NCBI RefSeq assembly: GCF_001457595.1
Contig: NZ_LN831039.1
Coordinates: 5,130,001-5,162,000 of the forward strand
Direction: 5' to 3'
From: Mycolicibacterium smegmatis
Lineage (GTDB): Bacteria > Actinomycetota > Actinomycetes > Mycobacteriales > Mycobacteriaceae
Length of the DNA stretch: 32,000 bases
The notes beneath the pieces were generated by a model. It searched no databases. It saw nothing but the letters and a program-made list of their open reading frames with translations, and was not told the origin of the DNA. Below are positions 1 to 9,037 of the stretch, piece by piece (the stretch's first letter is position 1; each line of letters opens with the position of its first letter). Position numbers and translations under genes: made by a program.

Positions 1-633
1 TTCAGCGAGAAGGAGGCGACCGCGATCGCCAACCAGAACCGCAAGATGCTGCGCGTGCGCCTCGGCGAGCCTTTCATGGCGCGGCAGGGTTCGATGGTGG
101 CCTACCAGGGCAACGTCGACTTCGCGTTCGAAGGTGGCGGCGCGTCGAAGTTCATCAAGAAGGCGCTGACGGGTGAAGGGCTGCCGCTCATGCGGTGCCA
201 GGGCCAGGGTGACGTGTTCCTCGCCGACCGCTCGTTCGACGTGCACCTGCTGCAACTGACCAACACAGCACTTTCGGTCAGCGGCAAGAACGTGCTGGCG
301 TTCTCGTCGAGCCTCGACTGGAACATCGAACGCGTCCGCGGCGGCAGCATGGTCGCAGGCGGCCTGTTCAACACCATGCTGCGCGGTACCGGCTGGGTCG
401 CGCTCACCACCGACGGTCCGCCGGTGGTGCTCGACGCGTCCGAGGCGCCGACGTTCGCCGACACCAATGCCGTCGTGGCGTGGTCGGCCAACCTGCAGAC
501 CCAGCTCAAGATGAGCTTCAAGGCCGGTGCGCTGATCGGCCGCGGCTCCGGTGAGGCCATGCAGGTGGCGTTCCACGGCAACGGCTTCGTGATAGTCCAG
601 CCGTCCGAGGGCGTCACCTACCCGGTGCAGTGA
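1..633 (+). CDS. AIM24-family protein, 5'-truncated by the window edge
   Basis: Frame 1 is open from base 1 (FSEKEATAIANQNRKMLRVRLGEPFMARQGSMVAYQG...) to the stop at 631-633; Gly-rich beta-type sequence typical of AIM24/TIGR00266-like proteins. Confidence 0.75.
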   Translation, partial: FSEKEATAIANQNRKMLRVRLGEPFMARQGSMVAYQGNVDFAFEGGGASKFIKKALTGEGLPLMRCQGQGDVFLADRSFDVHLLQLTNTALSVSGKNVLAFSSSLDWNIERVRGGSMVAGGLFNTMLRGTGWVALTTDGPPVVLDASEAPTFADTNAVVAWSANLQTQLKMSFKAGALIGRGSGEAMQVAFHGNGFVIVQPSEGVTYPVQ

Positions 634-636
634 CGG

Positions 637-2868
637 TCAGCGAAAACGCTTCAGCCGCAAGCTGTTGCTGACCACGAACACCGACGAGAACGCCATGGCC
701 GCACCCGCGAGCATCGGGTTCAGCAGGCCCGCGGCAGCGAGCGGAAGTGCCGCCACGTTGTAGGCGAACGCCCAGAACAGGTTGCCCTTGATGGTCGCCA
801 ATGTCCTGCGGGACAAGCGGATCGCATCGGCGGCCGTACGCAGGTCGCCACGCACCAGGGTCAGGTCGCCTGCCTCGATCGCGACGTCGGTACCCGTGCC
901 CATCGACAGCCCCAGATCGGCCTGCGCGAGCGCCGCGGCGTCGTTGACACCGTCGCCGACCATCGCGACCACCCTGCCCTCGGCCTGCAGTCGTTTGATC
1001 ACGTCGGCCTTGTCCTGCGGCAGCACCTCGGCGTAGACGTCGTCGATGCCCACCTGATCGGCGATGGCGCGTGCCGCCGCGCCGTTGTCACCGGTCAGCA
1101 TGATGGGCTGCAGACCGAGTTTCCTCAGCTGTCCGATCGCCTCGGCCGACGTGGCCTTGACCGCGTCGGCGACCACGAGCACACCGCGCGCGGTGCCGTC
1201 CCAGCCCACGACGACCGCGGTGCGTCCCTGCGCCTGCGCGGCCTCCATCGCGTCGGCGAGCTTGCGCGGCAGGGATTTCTCGGGGTCCCCGAACAAGCGG
1301 GGCCTGCCGACGACGACGGCGCGGCCCTCGACGGTGCCCTGGACGCCCAGGCCCTCGATGTTGGCGAAACCCTCGACGGCGGGCAGTTCACCCGTCCGCT
1401 CCCTCGCACCCGCGGCGATGGCACGCGCGATCGGATGCTCCGAGGCGTCCTCGACGGCCGCGGCCACACGCAGCACGTCGTCGCGGTCCTCGCCGTCGGC
1501 GACCACGACGTCGAGCAGCGTCATCGATCCGGTGGTGATGGTGCCGGTCTTGTCGAGCACGATGGTGTCGACGCGCCGCGTGGATTCGAGCACCTCGGGC
1601 CCCTTGATGAGGATGCCGAGCTGCGCGCCGCGGCCCGTACCGACCAGCAGGGCCGTGGGGGTGGCCAGCCCCAGCGCACACGGGCACGCGATGATCAGCA
1701 CGGCGACCGCGGCGGTGAACGCCGCCGCCACCGATCCGCCTGTGCCGAGCCAGAATCCGAGGGTGGCCACCGCGAGCGCGATGACGATCGGCACGAACAC
1801 CGCCGACACCCGGTCGGCCAGGCGTTGCGCCTGCGCCTTGCCGCTCTGCGCGTCCTCGACGAGGCGGGCCATCTGCGCGAGCTGCGTGTCGGACCCGATC
1901 CGGTTGGCGCGCACCACCAGTCGTCCGCCGACGTTGACCGTGGCCCCGACCACCTGATCGCCCGGCCCGACCTCGACGGGCACCGATTCACCCGTGAGCA
2001 TCGATGCGTCGACCGCCGAGGACCCGTCGACCACCACACCGTCGGTGGCGATCTTCTCCCCCGGCCGCACCACGAACTCGTCGCCGACCCCCAGCTGGTC
2101 GATCGGGATGCGTTGTTCGGCACCGTTCCTCAGTATCGCGACGTCCTTGGCGCCGAGTTCCATCAGTGCGCGCAGGGCGGCCGAGGCGCGTCGTTTCGAC
2201 TTGGCCTCGAAGTAGCGTCCGGCCAGGATGAACGTCGTGACCCCGGCGGCGACCTCGAGGTAGATGTTGCCCGCACCGTCGGTGCGCGAACCCACGAGTG
2301 AGAACGGATGCGTCATCCCGGGGACACCGGCGGTGCCCCAGAACAGCGCGTACAACGACCAGCCGAACGCGGCCAGCGTGCCCATCGAGATCAGGGTGTC
2401 CATGGTCGCGGTGCCGTGACGCAGGTTGAGCCACGCCGCGCGGTGGAACGGCAACGCACCCCACACCACGACCGGCGCGGCCAGCGTCAGCGACAGCCAC
2501 TGCCAGTTGGTGAACTGCAACGCGGGCACCATCGCCATCGCGATCACCGGCACCGTGAGCACGGCCGACACCAGCAGACGGGTGCGCAGCGCATCGGTGG
2601 CCCGGTCCTCTGGATCCTGTTCTGTGCCACCGGTTTCCGGCTGCGGCGGCGCGGGCAGGTGCGCGGTGTAGCCCGCGGTCTCGACGACCTCGATCAGCGT
2701 CTCGGGCGAGACCTCGCCGGCCACCTCGACGCTGGCCTTCTCGGTCGCGTAGTTCACCGAGGCCGTGACCCCGTCGAGCTTGTTGAGTTTGCGTTCGATG
2801 CGTGCGGCGCACGAGGCACACGTCATCCCACCGATCTGCAACTCGACATGCCCGGTGGCAGTGGTCAC
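637..2868 (-). CDS. Cu(+)-translocating P1B-type ATPase (CtpV/CopA-like)
   Basis: N-terminal HMA motif [11 protein letters not shown] motif ([19 protein letters not shown]), [24 protein letters not shown], and C-terminal YN...P / MxxSS-type signature (YNVAALPLA...[17 protein letters not shown]). Confidence 0.95.
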   Translation of the reverse strand: MTTATGHVELQIGGMTCASCAARIERKLNKLDGVTASVNYATEKASVEVAGEVSPETLIEVVETAGYTAHLPAPPQPETGGTEQDPEDRATDALRTRLLVSAVLTVPVIAMAMVPALQFTNWQWLSLTLAAPVVVWGALPFHRAAWLNLRHGTATMDTLISMGTLAAFGWSLYALFWGTAGVPGMTHPFSLVGSRTDGAGNIYLEVAAGVTTFILAGRYFEAKSKRRASAALRALMELGAKDVAILRNGAEQRIPIDQLGVGDEFVVRPGEKIATDGVVVDGSSAVDASMLTGESVPVEVGPGDQVVGATVNVGGRLVVRANRIGSDTQLAQMARLVEDAQSGKAQAQRLADRVSAVFVPIVIALAVATLGFWLGTGGSVAAAFTAAVAVLIIACPCALGLATPTALLVGTGRGAQLGILIKGPEVLESTRRVDTIVLDKTGTITTGSMTLLDVVVADGEDRDDVLRVAAAVEDASEHPIARAIAAGARERTGELPAVEGFANIEGLGVQGTVEGRAVVVGRPRLFGDPEKSLPRKLADAMEAAQAQGRTAVVVGWDGTARGVLVVADAVKATSAEAIGQLRKLGLQPIMLTGDNGAAARAIADQVGIDDVYAEVLPQDKADVIKRLQAEGRVVAMVGDGVNDAAALAQADLGLSMGTGTDVAIEAGDLTLVRGDLRTAADAIRLSRRTLATIKGNLFWAFAYNVAALPLAAAGLLNPMLAGAAMAFSSVFVVSNSLRLKRFR

Positions 2869-2889
2869 GGCTCTTCCTCTCAGTGGCTT

Positions 2890-3726
2890 CTAGTGGCTGT
2901 GGCCGTCTTGGTGACCGTCTTGGTGGCCGTCTTGATGGCCCGTACCTTCGGGCACCGCGACCGTGAACTCGGCCGTGCGCACCACGTCGTCGTGCTTGAA
3001 GTCGAAGTACAGGCGGTAGTCGCCCGCGCTGGGGAACTCGGTGTGGAACGCGACGTCGCCCGGGCTGTCCCCGATCGGGTGCACGTGCAGGTAGTGCAGG
3101 TCCGACGCACGCAGGGCGACCAGGTGCCCATAGGCGCCCAGGTAGGGCTGCAGGTCCGCCGGCTTGCCGTCACGGCTCACCGACAGCGTCAGCTCCGATG
3201 CGCTCTGCGCGACGGGCGATCCCGTCAGGGTCACGGTGTATCCGTCGACGGTCGCGGTGTTCGACGGGGCGGGCAGCGGTTGCGGCTCATCGGAACCGGT
3301 TACCCGCAGATCCGCCTCGGCCACCACGCCGGAGGCGCCGGCCGGGACGAAGTCGGCGAACACACGGTGCTTGCCGCCGGTGGGCACGTCGAGCGGCACG
3401 CTCCACGTGCCCTTCGAGGTGCCCTCGGCGTCCAGAGCCGGGTGCAGGTGCTGATACCCCGTCAGGTCGTCCCGGACGACGATGAGGTGCAGGTCTTTCT
3501 CGTGGTTTTCGTCGTACTCGGTGACCGCGGCGCCCGATGCGTCGACGATGCGGAACCGCAGCGGCACCTGCGTGCCGGGCGCCACCGACTCGTCGGCCAA
3601 CTCAAGGGAGTAGCCGGCGGCCGGTGCGTCCGGTTCGTCCGCCCACACCGATCCGACGCCGAACGCCGCGGCGAACACCGCGACGAGTCCGGCGCCGAAT
3701 GCGGCGATCTTGGCGTCAGCTCGCAA
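2890..3726 (-). CDS. Secreted/membrane-anchored protein with His-rich C-terminal tail, probable copper-handling accessory protein
   Basis: N-terminal signal-like segment; HLHP and HVHP motifs; C-terminus GTGHQDGHQDGHQDGHSH; located between a CopZ-like gene and a Cu-ATPase gene on the same strand. Confidence 0.75.
   Translation of the reverse strand: MRADAKIAAFGAGLVAVFAAAFGVGSVWADEPDAPAAGYSLELADESVAPGTQVPLRFRIVDASGAAVTEYDENHEKDLHLIVVRDDLTGYQHLHPALDAEGTSKGTWSVPLDVPTGGKHRVFADFVPAGASGVVAEADLRVTGSDEPQPLPAPSNTATVDGYTVTLTGSPVAQSASELTLSVSRDGKPADLQPYLGAYGHLVALRASDLHYLHVHPIGDSPGDVAFHTEFPSAGDYRLYFDFKHDDVVRTAEFTVAVPEGTGHQDGHQDGHQDGHSH
2901..2936 (-). repeat. Three 12-bp in-frame tandem repeat units encoding GHQD-type repeats
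   Basis: GGCCGTCTTGGT / GACCGTCTTGGT / GGCCGTCTTGAT on the + strand, in phase with the His-rich tail. Confidence 0.85.
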
Positions 3727-3922
3727 CGGCGTAGCCCGCTTCCGCGACAGCCTCGCGGATCGCCTCGTCGTCGAGCTGACGGTCGCTGCCGATCGTCACC
3801 TGACCGGTCGCCAGGTCGACGTCAACCGTGGTGACGCCGGGGATGCTGCCGACCTCTTCGCGCACCGAGGTGACGCAGTGTCCGCAGGTCATGCCAGTGA
3901 CTGTGACGGTCTGGGTTGTCAT
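3716..3922 (-). CDS. CopZ-like heavy-metal-associated domain chaperone
   Basis: 68 aa, MTTQTVTVTGMTCGHCVTSVREEVGSIPGVTTVDVDL...; HMA motif MTCGHC; overlaps the downstream gene start by 11 bp. Confidence 0.92.
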   Translation of the reverse strand: MTTQTVTVTGMTCGHCVTSVREEVGSIPGVTTVDVDLATGQVTIGSDRQLDDEAIREAVAEAGYAVAS

Positions 3923-3932
3923 GCCACATACT

Positions 3933-3949
3933 ATACCCCCCTAGGGTAT
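3933..3949. promoter_or_regulatory. CsoR/RicR-like palindromic operator (ATACCC-N5-GGGTAT)
   Basis: ATACCCCCCTAGGGTAT lies between a minus-strand -10-like TATAGT (3935-3930) and a possible -35 (TTTCAT, 3959-3954), 11 bp upstream of the copZ-like ATG. Confidence 0.65.
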
Positions 3950-3972
3950 GAGCATGAAATGTTTCCCGCTTC

Positions 3973-4584
3973 TCAGAGCGAGTCGAGGACCTGCCGCATG
4001 TCCTTGATCTCCTGCTCCTGCGTGATCACGATCGTGCGGGCCATCTGCACCGCATCCTCGAACCGGCCCTCGTTGACCTCTTCCTGCGCCATGTCGATCG
4101 CGCCCTCGTGGTGGGCGATCATGTGCGTGAGGAACAGCTTGGCCGCGTCGACACCCTGCGCGTCGCGCAGTGCCGTCATGTCGGCGTCCGACACCATGCC
4201 CGCCATGCCGCCGTGGTCACCCATGCCTTCGTGATCACCCATGGGCGGGTTGCCCCACTGCTTGAGCCAGGACTGCATCTGGTCGATCTCCGGGCCCTGC
4301 GCGGCCTGGATCTGATCGGCCAGGTCGGTGACACGGGGGTCGATGTCGGGTTTACCCAGGATGATGTCGCTCATCTCCACGGCCTGCTGGTGGTGCGGGA
4401 TCATGTGCTGCGCGAACATCACGTCGGCATCGTTGTGGGGCCGCCCCTGCTGCGTGGTGGAAGGGGCCGCGGCCGCCGAGGTCGTCTGGGCCTGCTCGGC
4501 CGTGGTATCGCTGCCGCAGCCTGCCACCACGAAGCTCAGGGCGAACACCGAGATCCCACCCGCCAGCACCTTCTTCATACGCAT
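3973..4584 (-). CDS. DUF305 family lipoprotein
   Basis: MRMKKVLAGGISVFALSFVVAGC lipobox; His/Met-rich DUF305 core (MFAQHMIPHHQQAVEMSD, LFLTHMIAHHEGAIDMA). The longer GTG start at 4605 would overlap the cyclase stop. Confidence 0.88.
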   Translation of the reverse strand: MRMKKVLAGGISVFALSFVVAGCGSDTTAEQAQTTSAAAAPSTTQQGRPHNDADVMFAQHMIPHHQQAVEMSDIILGKPDIDPRVTDLADQIQAAQGPEIDQMQSWLKQWGNPPMGDHEGMGDHGGMAGMVSDADMTALRDAQGVDAAKLFLTHMIAHHEGAIDMAQEEVNEGRFEDAVQMARTIVITQEQEIKDMRQVLDSL

Positions 4585-4601
4585 GTCGCTGCCATTCCCT
4601 T

Positions 4602-5726
4602 TCACTGATCCCGCATCCGGGCCCGAAACATTTTCACGTCACCTTTGATGCCCTTGAGACGCCGCGCGCCGGCGAACGACCACCTGAACCTGTCGTCGTC
4701 GGCGGCGATCGCCTGCCGCGTCGACTCCGCGACCAGCACCGTGCCCGGCCGGGCCACACCCGTGACCCGGCTGGCCAGGTTCACCGGGCTGCCGAACCAG
4801 TCACCCGCGCGGCTCACGGCCATGCCGGTGGCCAGCCCGACACGCAGCCCCGGAAACTCCGGATCGGCCTCGGTGGCGGCCACCAGGTTCAGCACGGCGT
4901 CGAGCAGTGCGGCCGGTTCGGGGCTGACCAGCATGACGGCGTCGCCGATCGTCTTGATCAGCCGCACCGGCGGCCGGACCACGTCGCGGGTGGCCTCGGC
5001 CAGTGAATTCGCCAGCTGCTCAAGCTGTTCCGGCGGCACCACCTCGCCGAGGCGGGTGAACCCGACGATATCGGCGAAGGCCACCGTGACCAGCCGCGCA
5101 CCCGGCAACGGAACACCCTCGGCCCGTTCGGAGGCGTCGACGGCCTCGGTCTCCATGGCGTGTCGAAGCTGCACGAACAGCATGTCCTGGATCATCGGGC
5201 CCAGCAGCGGGGCGGCCTCGGCCACCAGGCCCTCGGCCGCTTTGGCGGTCTCAAGTTCGCTGGCTCCGGGCTCCAGCACCGCGGCGAGCGCCGCGGCCCG
5301 CATCACCTCGGCGGCACGGCTGAGCCCCTCGGCGAGCACGCGCGTGATCAGCACGACCTGATCGGCGTCGATGCCCAGGTCGATGAACTGCTGCGAGAAC
5401 GTCACGGCCTCGGCGTCGGCGCGCAGCAGCACCGCGGCGTCGGGGTCCTCCACCGCGGGCAGCCCCATCGCGCGTTGCAGCCGCTGCAGCAGGTCGAGGT
5501 CCAAGCCGGTCTGCTCGCTGATCTCGCGCGCCGAGACGTACGTCCCGTCGTCACCCGCGACGCGGCGTGACGCCAGCAACATCGGGGTGATCGCCTGACC
5601 GATCTGGTCGACCGAGATCCCACGGCTGAGCAGCCAGTTGATCAGTTCCTCACGCTGCGACCGCGCTGCGCCGTCCAGCCCTTCCAGGAGTGGCTGGATG
5701 TCCGGCTGCACCTGTTGCGACACCAC
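4602..5726 (-). CDS. Class III adenylate cyclase with N-terminal regulatory domain, Rv1264-like
   Basis: Catalytic domain [16 protein letters not shown]...[13 protein letters not shown]...[20 protein letters not shown]. The N-terminal half resembles the autoinhibitory/pH-sensing region of M. tuberculosis Rv1264 from recall. Confidence 0.9.
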   Translation of the reverse strand: MVSQQVQPDIQPLLEGLDGAARSQREELINWLLSRGISVDQIGQAITPMLLASRRVAGDDGTYVSAREISEQTGLDLDLLQRLQRAMGLPAVEDPDAAVLLRADAEAVTFSQQFIDLGIDADQVVLITRVLAEGLSRAAEVMRAAALAAVLEPGASELETAKAAEGLVAEAAPLLGPMIQDMLFVQLRHAMETEAVDASERAEGVPLPGARLVTVAFADIVGFTRLGEVVPPEQLEQLANSLAEATRDVVRPPVRLIKTIGDAVMLVSPEPAALLDAVLNLVAATEADPEFPGLRVGLATGMAVSRAGDWFGSPVNLASRVTGVARPGTVLVAESTRQAIAADDDRFRWSFAGARRLKGIKGDVKMFRARMRDQ

Positions 5727-5741
5727 ATCAACGTATACCGG

Positions 5742-7031
5742 TCAGGCGGTGTCCCGGACCGCCCTGACCGCGGGCGCGGTCGACGGGCCCAGCAGGGTCG
5801 ACATGTCACGCGGATAGCGGACGTCGACGGCCACCGCGTCGCCGAAGCGGTAGGGCCTGCCCTCGATCATGCCGACGAACTGTTTACGCAGGCGCGACAT
5901 CTCGGCACGCACCGTGACCACGCGCGTCCGGTCGCCGTACAGGTCACCGGCGAGTTCCGGTGCCGAACGCCCCTGCCGTGCGGTTGCGAGCACCAGCAGG
6001 ATCTCGGCGTGACGAATCGATATGCTGCGCCGCCAGCTGCCGAACTGCCCCGTCATCTCCAGTGACGGATCGTTGCCGTCGCGCAGATCGAGCGTGACGC
6101 GGGTCGGCGCCGGGCTGGCCTCGGTGTCGTCGGAGACCCGCACGAGCCAGCCGTCGGGCAGCGCCTCCACATCGCACATGCCCAGCGACGGGATCCACGC
6201 GCGGCCCGGTAAACCCCGTTCCGGCAGCAGGATCCGGTTGTGCAGCGGAAGCGAGTCGACCGCGGCCACCCACCCTTCCGCGTCGACCGCGAGGGCCGGG
6301 CGGCCGATGCGGGACAGGATCGGCGCCGACACCGCACGCAACCGGTTGAGGGTGCGGTCGTGCGCCTCGCGAAGTTTGGACTCGGCCAGCCGCGCCACGA
6401 GGTCGACGAGCGCGACCGTGGTCGGGTGCACGGTGTCGGCAGGCCCGGACACGTCGACGATGCCGATCACATGACCCGTACGCGGGTCACGGATGGGTGC
6501 GCCCGCGCACGTCCACGAATGGTGGCTACGCAGGAAATGCTCGGCCGAGAACACTTGCACCGCACGGTGCGACACCAGGGCCGTGCCGATGCCGTTGGTG
6601 CCCACCGAGCTCTCGGCCCACGATGCACCCTCGATGAACCCGAGCCGGTCGGCGAGTTTGAGCACGCGCGGCGAACCGGACCGCCACAGCACCCGGCCCC
6701 GCGCATCGGCGAGCACCAGGATGTTCTCGCCGTCGTCGATCACCGTTTCCAGACCGCGTGACACGTCGTCGAGAACGGCCATCAGACCCGACGATTGGCG
6801 CAGCATGTCCAGCCCGCTGGTGTCCACATCCGGCGGGATGTGCTGCTCGGGATGAATTCCTTTGCCCAGCAATCGTTTCCACGAATCTTCGATGAGTTGC
6901 CGCGGCCGTGCGGGCCCCCGCACGCCCGACATCGTGGCGTCATAGACCTCCGCCAGGAGCATCGCGTAACGCCGCGGGTCGTCGCCGGGGGCGACCGCGG
7001 GCTCAGGCGTCGAGGGACCGGGCATCACCAA
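5742..7031 (-). CDS. GAF-domain transcriptional regulator (AcoR-like, no sigma-54 AAA+ domain apparent)
   Basis: GAF-like region WAESSVGTNGIGTALVSHRAVQVFSAEHFLRSHHSWTCAGAPIRDPRTGHVIGIVDVSG; C-terminal winged-helix-like region; same strand as acetoin/butanediol dehydrogenase genes. Confidence 0.8.
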   Translation of the reverse strand: MVMPGPSTPEPAVAPGDDPRRYAMLLAEVYDATMSGVRGPARPRQLIEDSWKRLLGKGIHPEQHIPPDVDTSGLDMLRQSSGLMAVLDDVSRGLETVIDDGENILVLADARGRVLWRSGSPRVLKLADRLGFIEGASWAESSVGTNGIGTALVSHRAVQVFSAEHFLRSHHSWTCAGAPIRDPRTGHVIGIVDVSGPADTVHPTTVALVDLVARLAESKLREAHDRTLNRLRAVSAPILSRIGRPALAVDAEGWVAAVDSLPLHNRILLPERGLPGRAWIPSLGMCDVEALPDGWLVRVSDDTEASPAPTRVTLDLRDGNDPSLEMTGQFGSWRRSISIRHAEILLVLATARQGRSAPELAGDLYGDRTRVVTVRAEMSRLRKQFVGMIEGRPYRFGDAVAVDVRYPRDMSTLLGPSTAPAVRAVRDTA

Positions 7032-7069
7032 CGATTGTGCGCCATGTCACAAGCCTGAGGCCAATCGAC

Positions 7070-7849
7070 CTACCGATAGACCAGTCCGCCGTCGATGATC
7101 GGCGCCTGACCAGTCATGTAAGCCGCGTCGGGTCCGGCGAGGTAGGACACGAAGGCCGCGACGTCCTCGGGCGTCTCGGCGCGGCCCAGGGCGATGCCTC
7201 CGACGAACTGATCGAACGTCGCACCCACCTCGGCGCCGGTCAGGTCGGCGAACCGCTGATCGATCTCGACCCACATGTCCGTGCCGACCACACCCGGGCA
7301 GTAGGCGTTGACGGTGATTCCCGACGAGGCGTACTCCTTTGCCGCGGCCTGCGTGAGCGCCCGCACCGCGAACTTGCTGGCGCTGTACACGCCGAGCATG
7401 GCGAACCCGTCGTGACCTGCGATCGACGATGCGTTGATGATCCGCCCCGGCACGCCGAGCTCGACGAACTTGGCCGCAGCGGCCTGGATGCCCCACAGCA
7501 CGCCGTTGACGTTGACGCCCCACACGCGTGCCGCGTCGTCGGGCGTCACCTCGGCGACCGGGCCCACCAGTGCGACGCCCGCGTTGTTGACCATGATGTC
7601 GAACCCGCCGAGTGCGGACTGCGCGTGTTCCACAGCCGCGAACACCGCGTCACGGTCGCTCACGTCGGCGACGAACGTCGTGGCCTTCGAACCGATCGCG
7701 GCGACCTCGTCGGCCACCGCGTCGATGCCGTCGGCCGTGACGTCGACCAGCGCGATGTCGGCGCCGTCCTGCGCCAGTCGCAGTGCGATACCCCGGCCGA
7801 TCCCGCGGCCCGCGCCGGTGACCAGCGCGACCTTTCCTTGCAATGACAT
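7070..7849 (-). CDS. Short-chain dehydrogenase/reductase, acetoin(diacetyl) reductase-like
   Basis: Classical SDR: TGAGRGIGRGIA, NNAG, SS...YSASK; resembles BudC-type acetoin reductases. Confidence 0.82.
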   Translation of the reverse strand: MSLQGKVALVTGAGRGIGRGIALRLAQDGADIALVDVTADGIDAVADEVAAIGSKATTFVADVSDRDAVFAAVEHAQSALGGFDIMVNNAGVALVGPVAEVTPDDAARVWGVNVNGVLWGIQAAAAKFVELGVPGRIINASSIAGHDGFAMLGVYSASKFAVRALTQAAAKEYASSGITVNAYCPGVVGTDMWVEIDQRFADLTGAEVGATFDQFVGGIALGRAETPEDVAAFVSYLAGPDAAYMTGQAPIIDGGLVYR

Positions 7850-7880
7850 ACGTTGTGCTCCTTTGCTTTTGGTTGTCCCG

Positions 7881-8927
7881 TCAGATGGCCGGGTCGATGA
7901 GGACCTTCATCTTGCGGCCCGCGTGCAGTGCCTCGAATCCCTCGTCGATCACGTCGTCGATGCCGATCGTGGTGACCCACCCCGTGGTGTCGTACACGCC
8001 GTCGGCCATCAGGGCGATCACCGCCTCGAAGTCGGCCGACGTGTAACACAGCGAGCCCTGGATACGGGACTCGTTCATCACGAGGTTCAGCAGCGGTGTG
8101 GTCAACGGCTTCTCGTAGATCGCGACACTGATGGTCGGCCGTCGCGAACCGACACTCGCGGTGGCGGCCTCGATCGCCGGCGCCACCCCGGCCGCGTCGA
8201 AGGCCGCATCGGCCCCACGCCCACCGGTCACGTCGGCGATGAACGCGGGCACGTCGACCTGCGTCGGATCCAGTGTCTGCGCACCGAGCGCCTCGATCGC
8301 GGCGCGCCGCGTCGGTGACGGTTCGGCGACGTACACCGACTCGAGTCCCTTGCCCCGCAAGGCGAACCACAACCCGATGCCGATGGGGCCGGCACCGAAG
8401 ACCACCGCGGTGTCGCCCGCACCCACGTCGCCCAGGGTCGCCGCGTGGTACGCCACCGACATGGGTTCCACCAGCGCGCCGAGTTGCAGCGACACGTTGT
8501 CAGGCAGTTTGTGCAGCATGTCGACCGGCACGACGGTGTATTCGGCCATGCCGCCGTCGCACATCAGGCCGTGGAAACCGATCTGTTGGCACACGTTGTA
8601 GTTGCCTGCGCGGCACGGCGCGCAGTGGCCGCACCGGTAGATCGGTTCGATCGCCACGCGGTCGCCCGGGGCGAACCCGGTGACACCCGCACCGACATCG
8701 GTGATGGTGCCTGCGAACTCGTGCCCCATGGTCAGCGGCATGACCTGTCCGGTCAGCGGATGCGGTTCGGTGGGCACGAAGATCGGGCCCGCATAGTATT
8801 CATGCAGGTCAGTGCCACAAATTCCGTTGAACCCGACCTTCACCTTGACCGTGCCCGGTCCCGGTTGCGGTTCGGGGAGGTCAGCGATCTCCAGTTTGTT
8901 GGGTCCGTGATAGACGGCAGCTTTCAT
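7881..8927 (-). CDS. Zn-dependent medium-chain dehydrogenase, (R,R)-butanediol dehydrogenase-like
   Basis: GHEFAGTITDVGAGVTGFAPGDRV, structural-zinc region CGHCAPCRAGNYNVC, VFGAGPIG; MKAAVYHG... N-terminus. Confidence 0.85.
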   Translation of the reverse strand: MKAAVYHGPNKLEIADLPEPQPGPGTVKVKVGFNGICGTDLHEYYAGPIFVPTEPHPLTGQVMPLTMGHEFAGTITDVGAGVTGFAPGDRVAIEPIYRCGHCAPCRAGNYNVCQQIGFHGLMCDGGMAEYTVVPVDMLHKLPDNVSLQLGALVEPMSVAYHAATLGDVGAGDTAVVFGAGPIGIGLWFALRGKGLESVYVAEPSPTRRAAIEALGAQTLDPTQVDVPAFIADVTGGRGADAAFDAAGVAPAIEAATASVGSRRPTISVAIYEKPLTTPLLNLVMNESRIQGSLCYTSADFEAVIALMADGVYDTTGWVTTIGIDDVIDEGFEALHAGRKMKVLIDPAI

Positions 8928-8966
8928 GCGCCTCAGTTAAGAGTGACCCACGACACATGCGACAGG

Positions 8967-8999
8967 GTTGCAGACCGTTGCACTGCAACCCCGTGCAAC
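8967..8999. promoter_or_regulatory. Four-half-site symmetric operator candidate
   Basis: GTTGCA gacc GTTGCA c TGCAAC cccg TGCAAC read directly from sequence, in the divergent 8928-9037 intergenic region. Confidence 0.65.
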
Positions 9000-9005
9000 T
9001 CTTGT

Positions 9006-9026
9006 CACACCGTTTCACTCGGTGTG
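9006..9026. promoter_or_regulatory. Inverted repeat CACACCG-N7-CGGTGTG upstream of the monooxygenase gene
   Basis: Perfect 7-bp arms, 12 bp upstream of the ATG at 9038. Confidence 0.5.
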
Positions 9027-9037
9027 GTCTGGGACAC

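Noticed and set aside
2308-3834. 508-aa + strand ORF opposite the copper genes
   Set aside because: Arg/His/Gly-rich low-complexity translation; the minus strand has HMA and P-type ATPase motifs.
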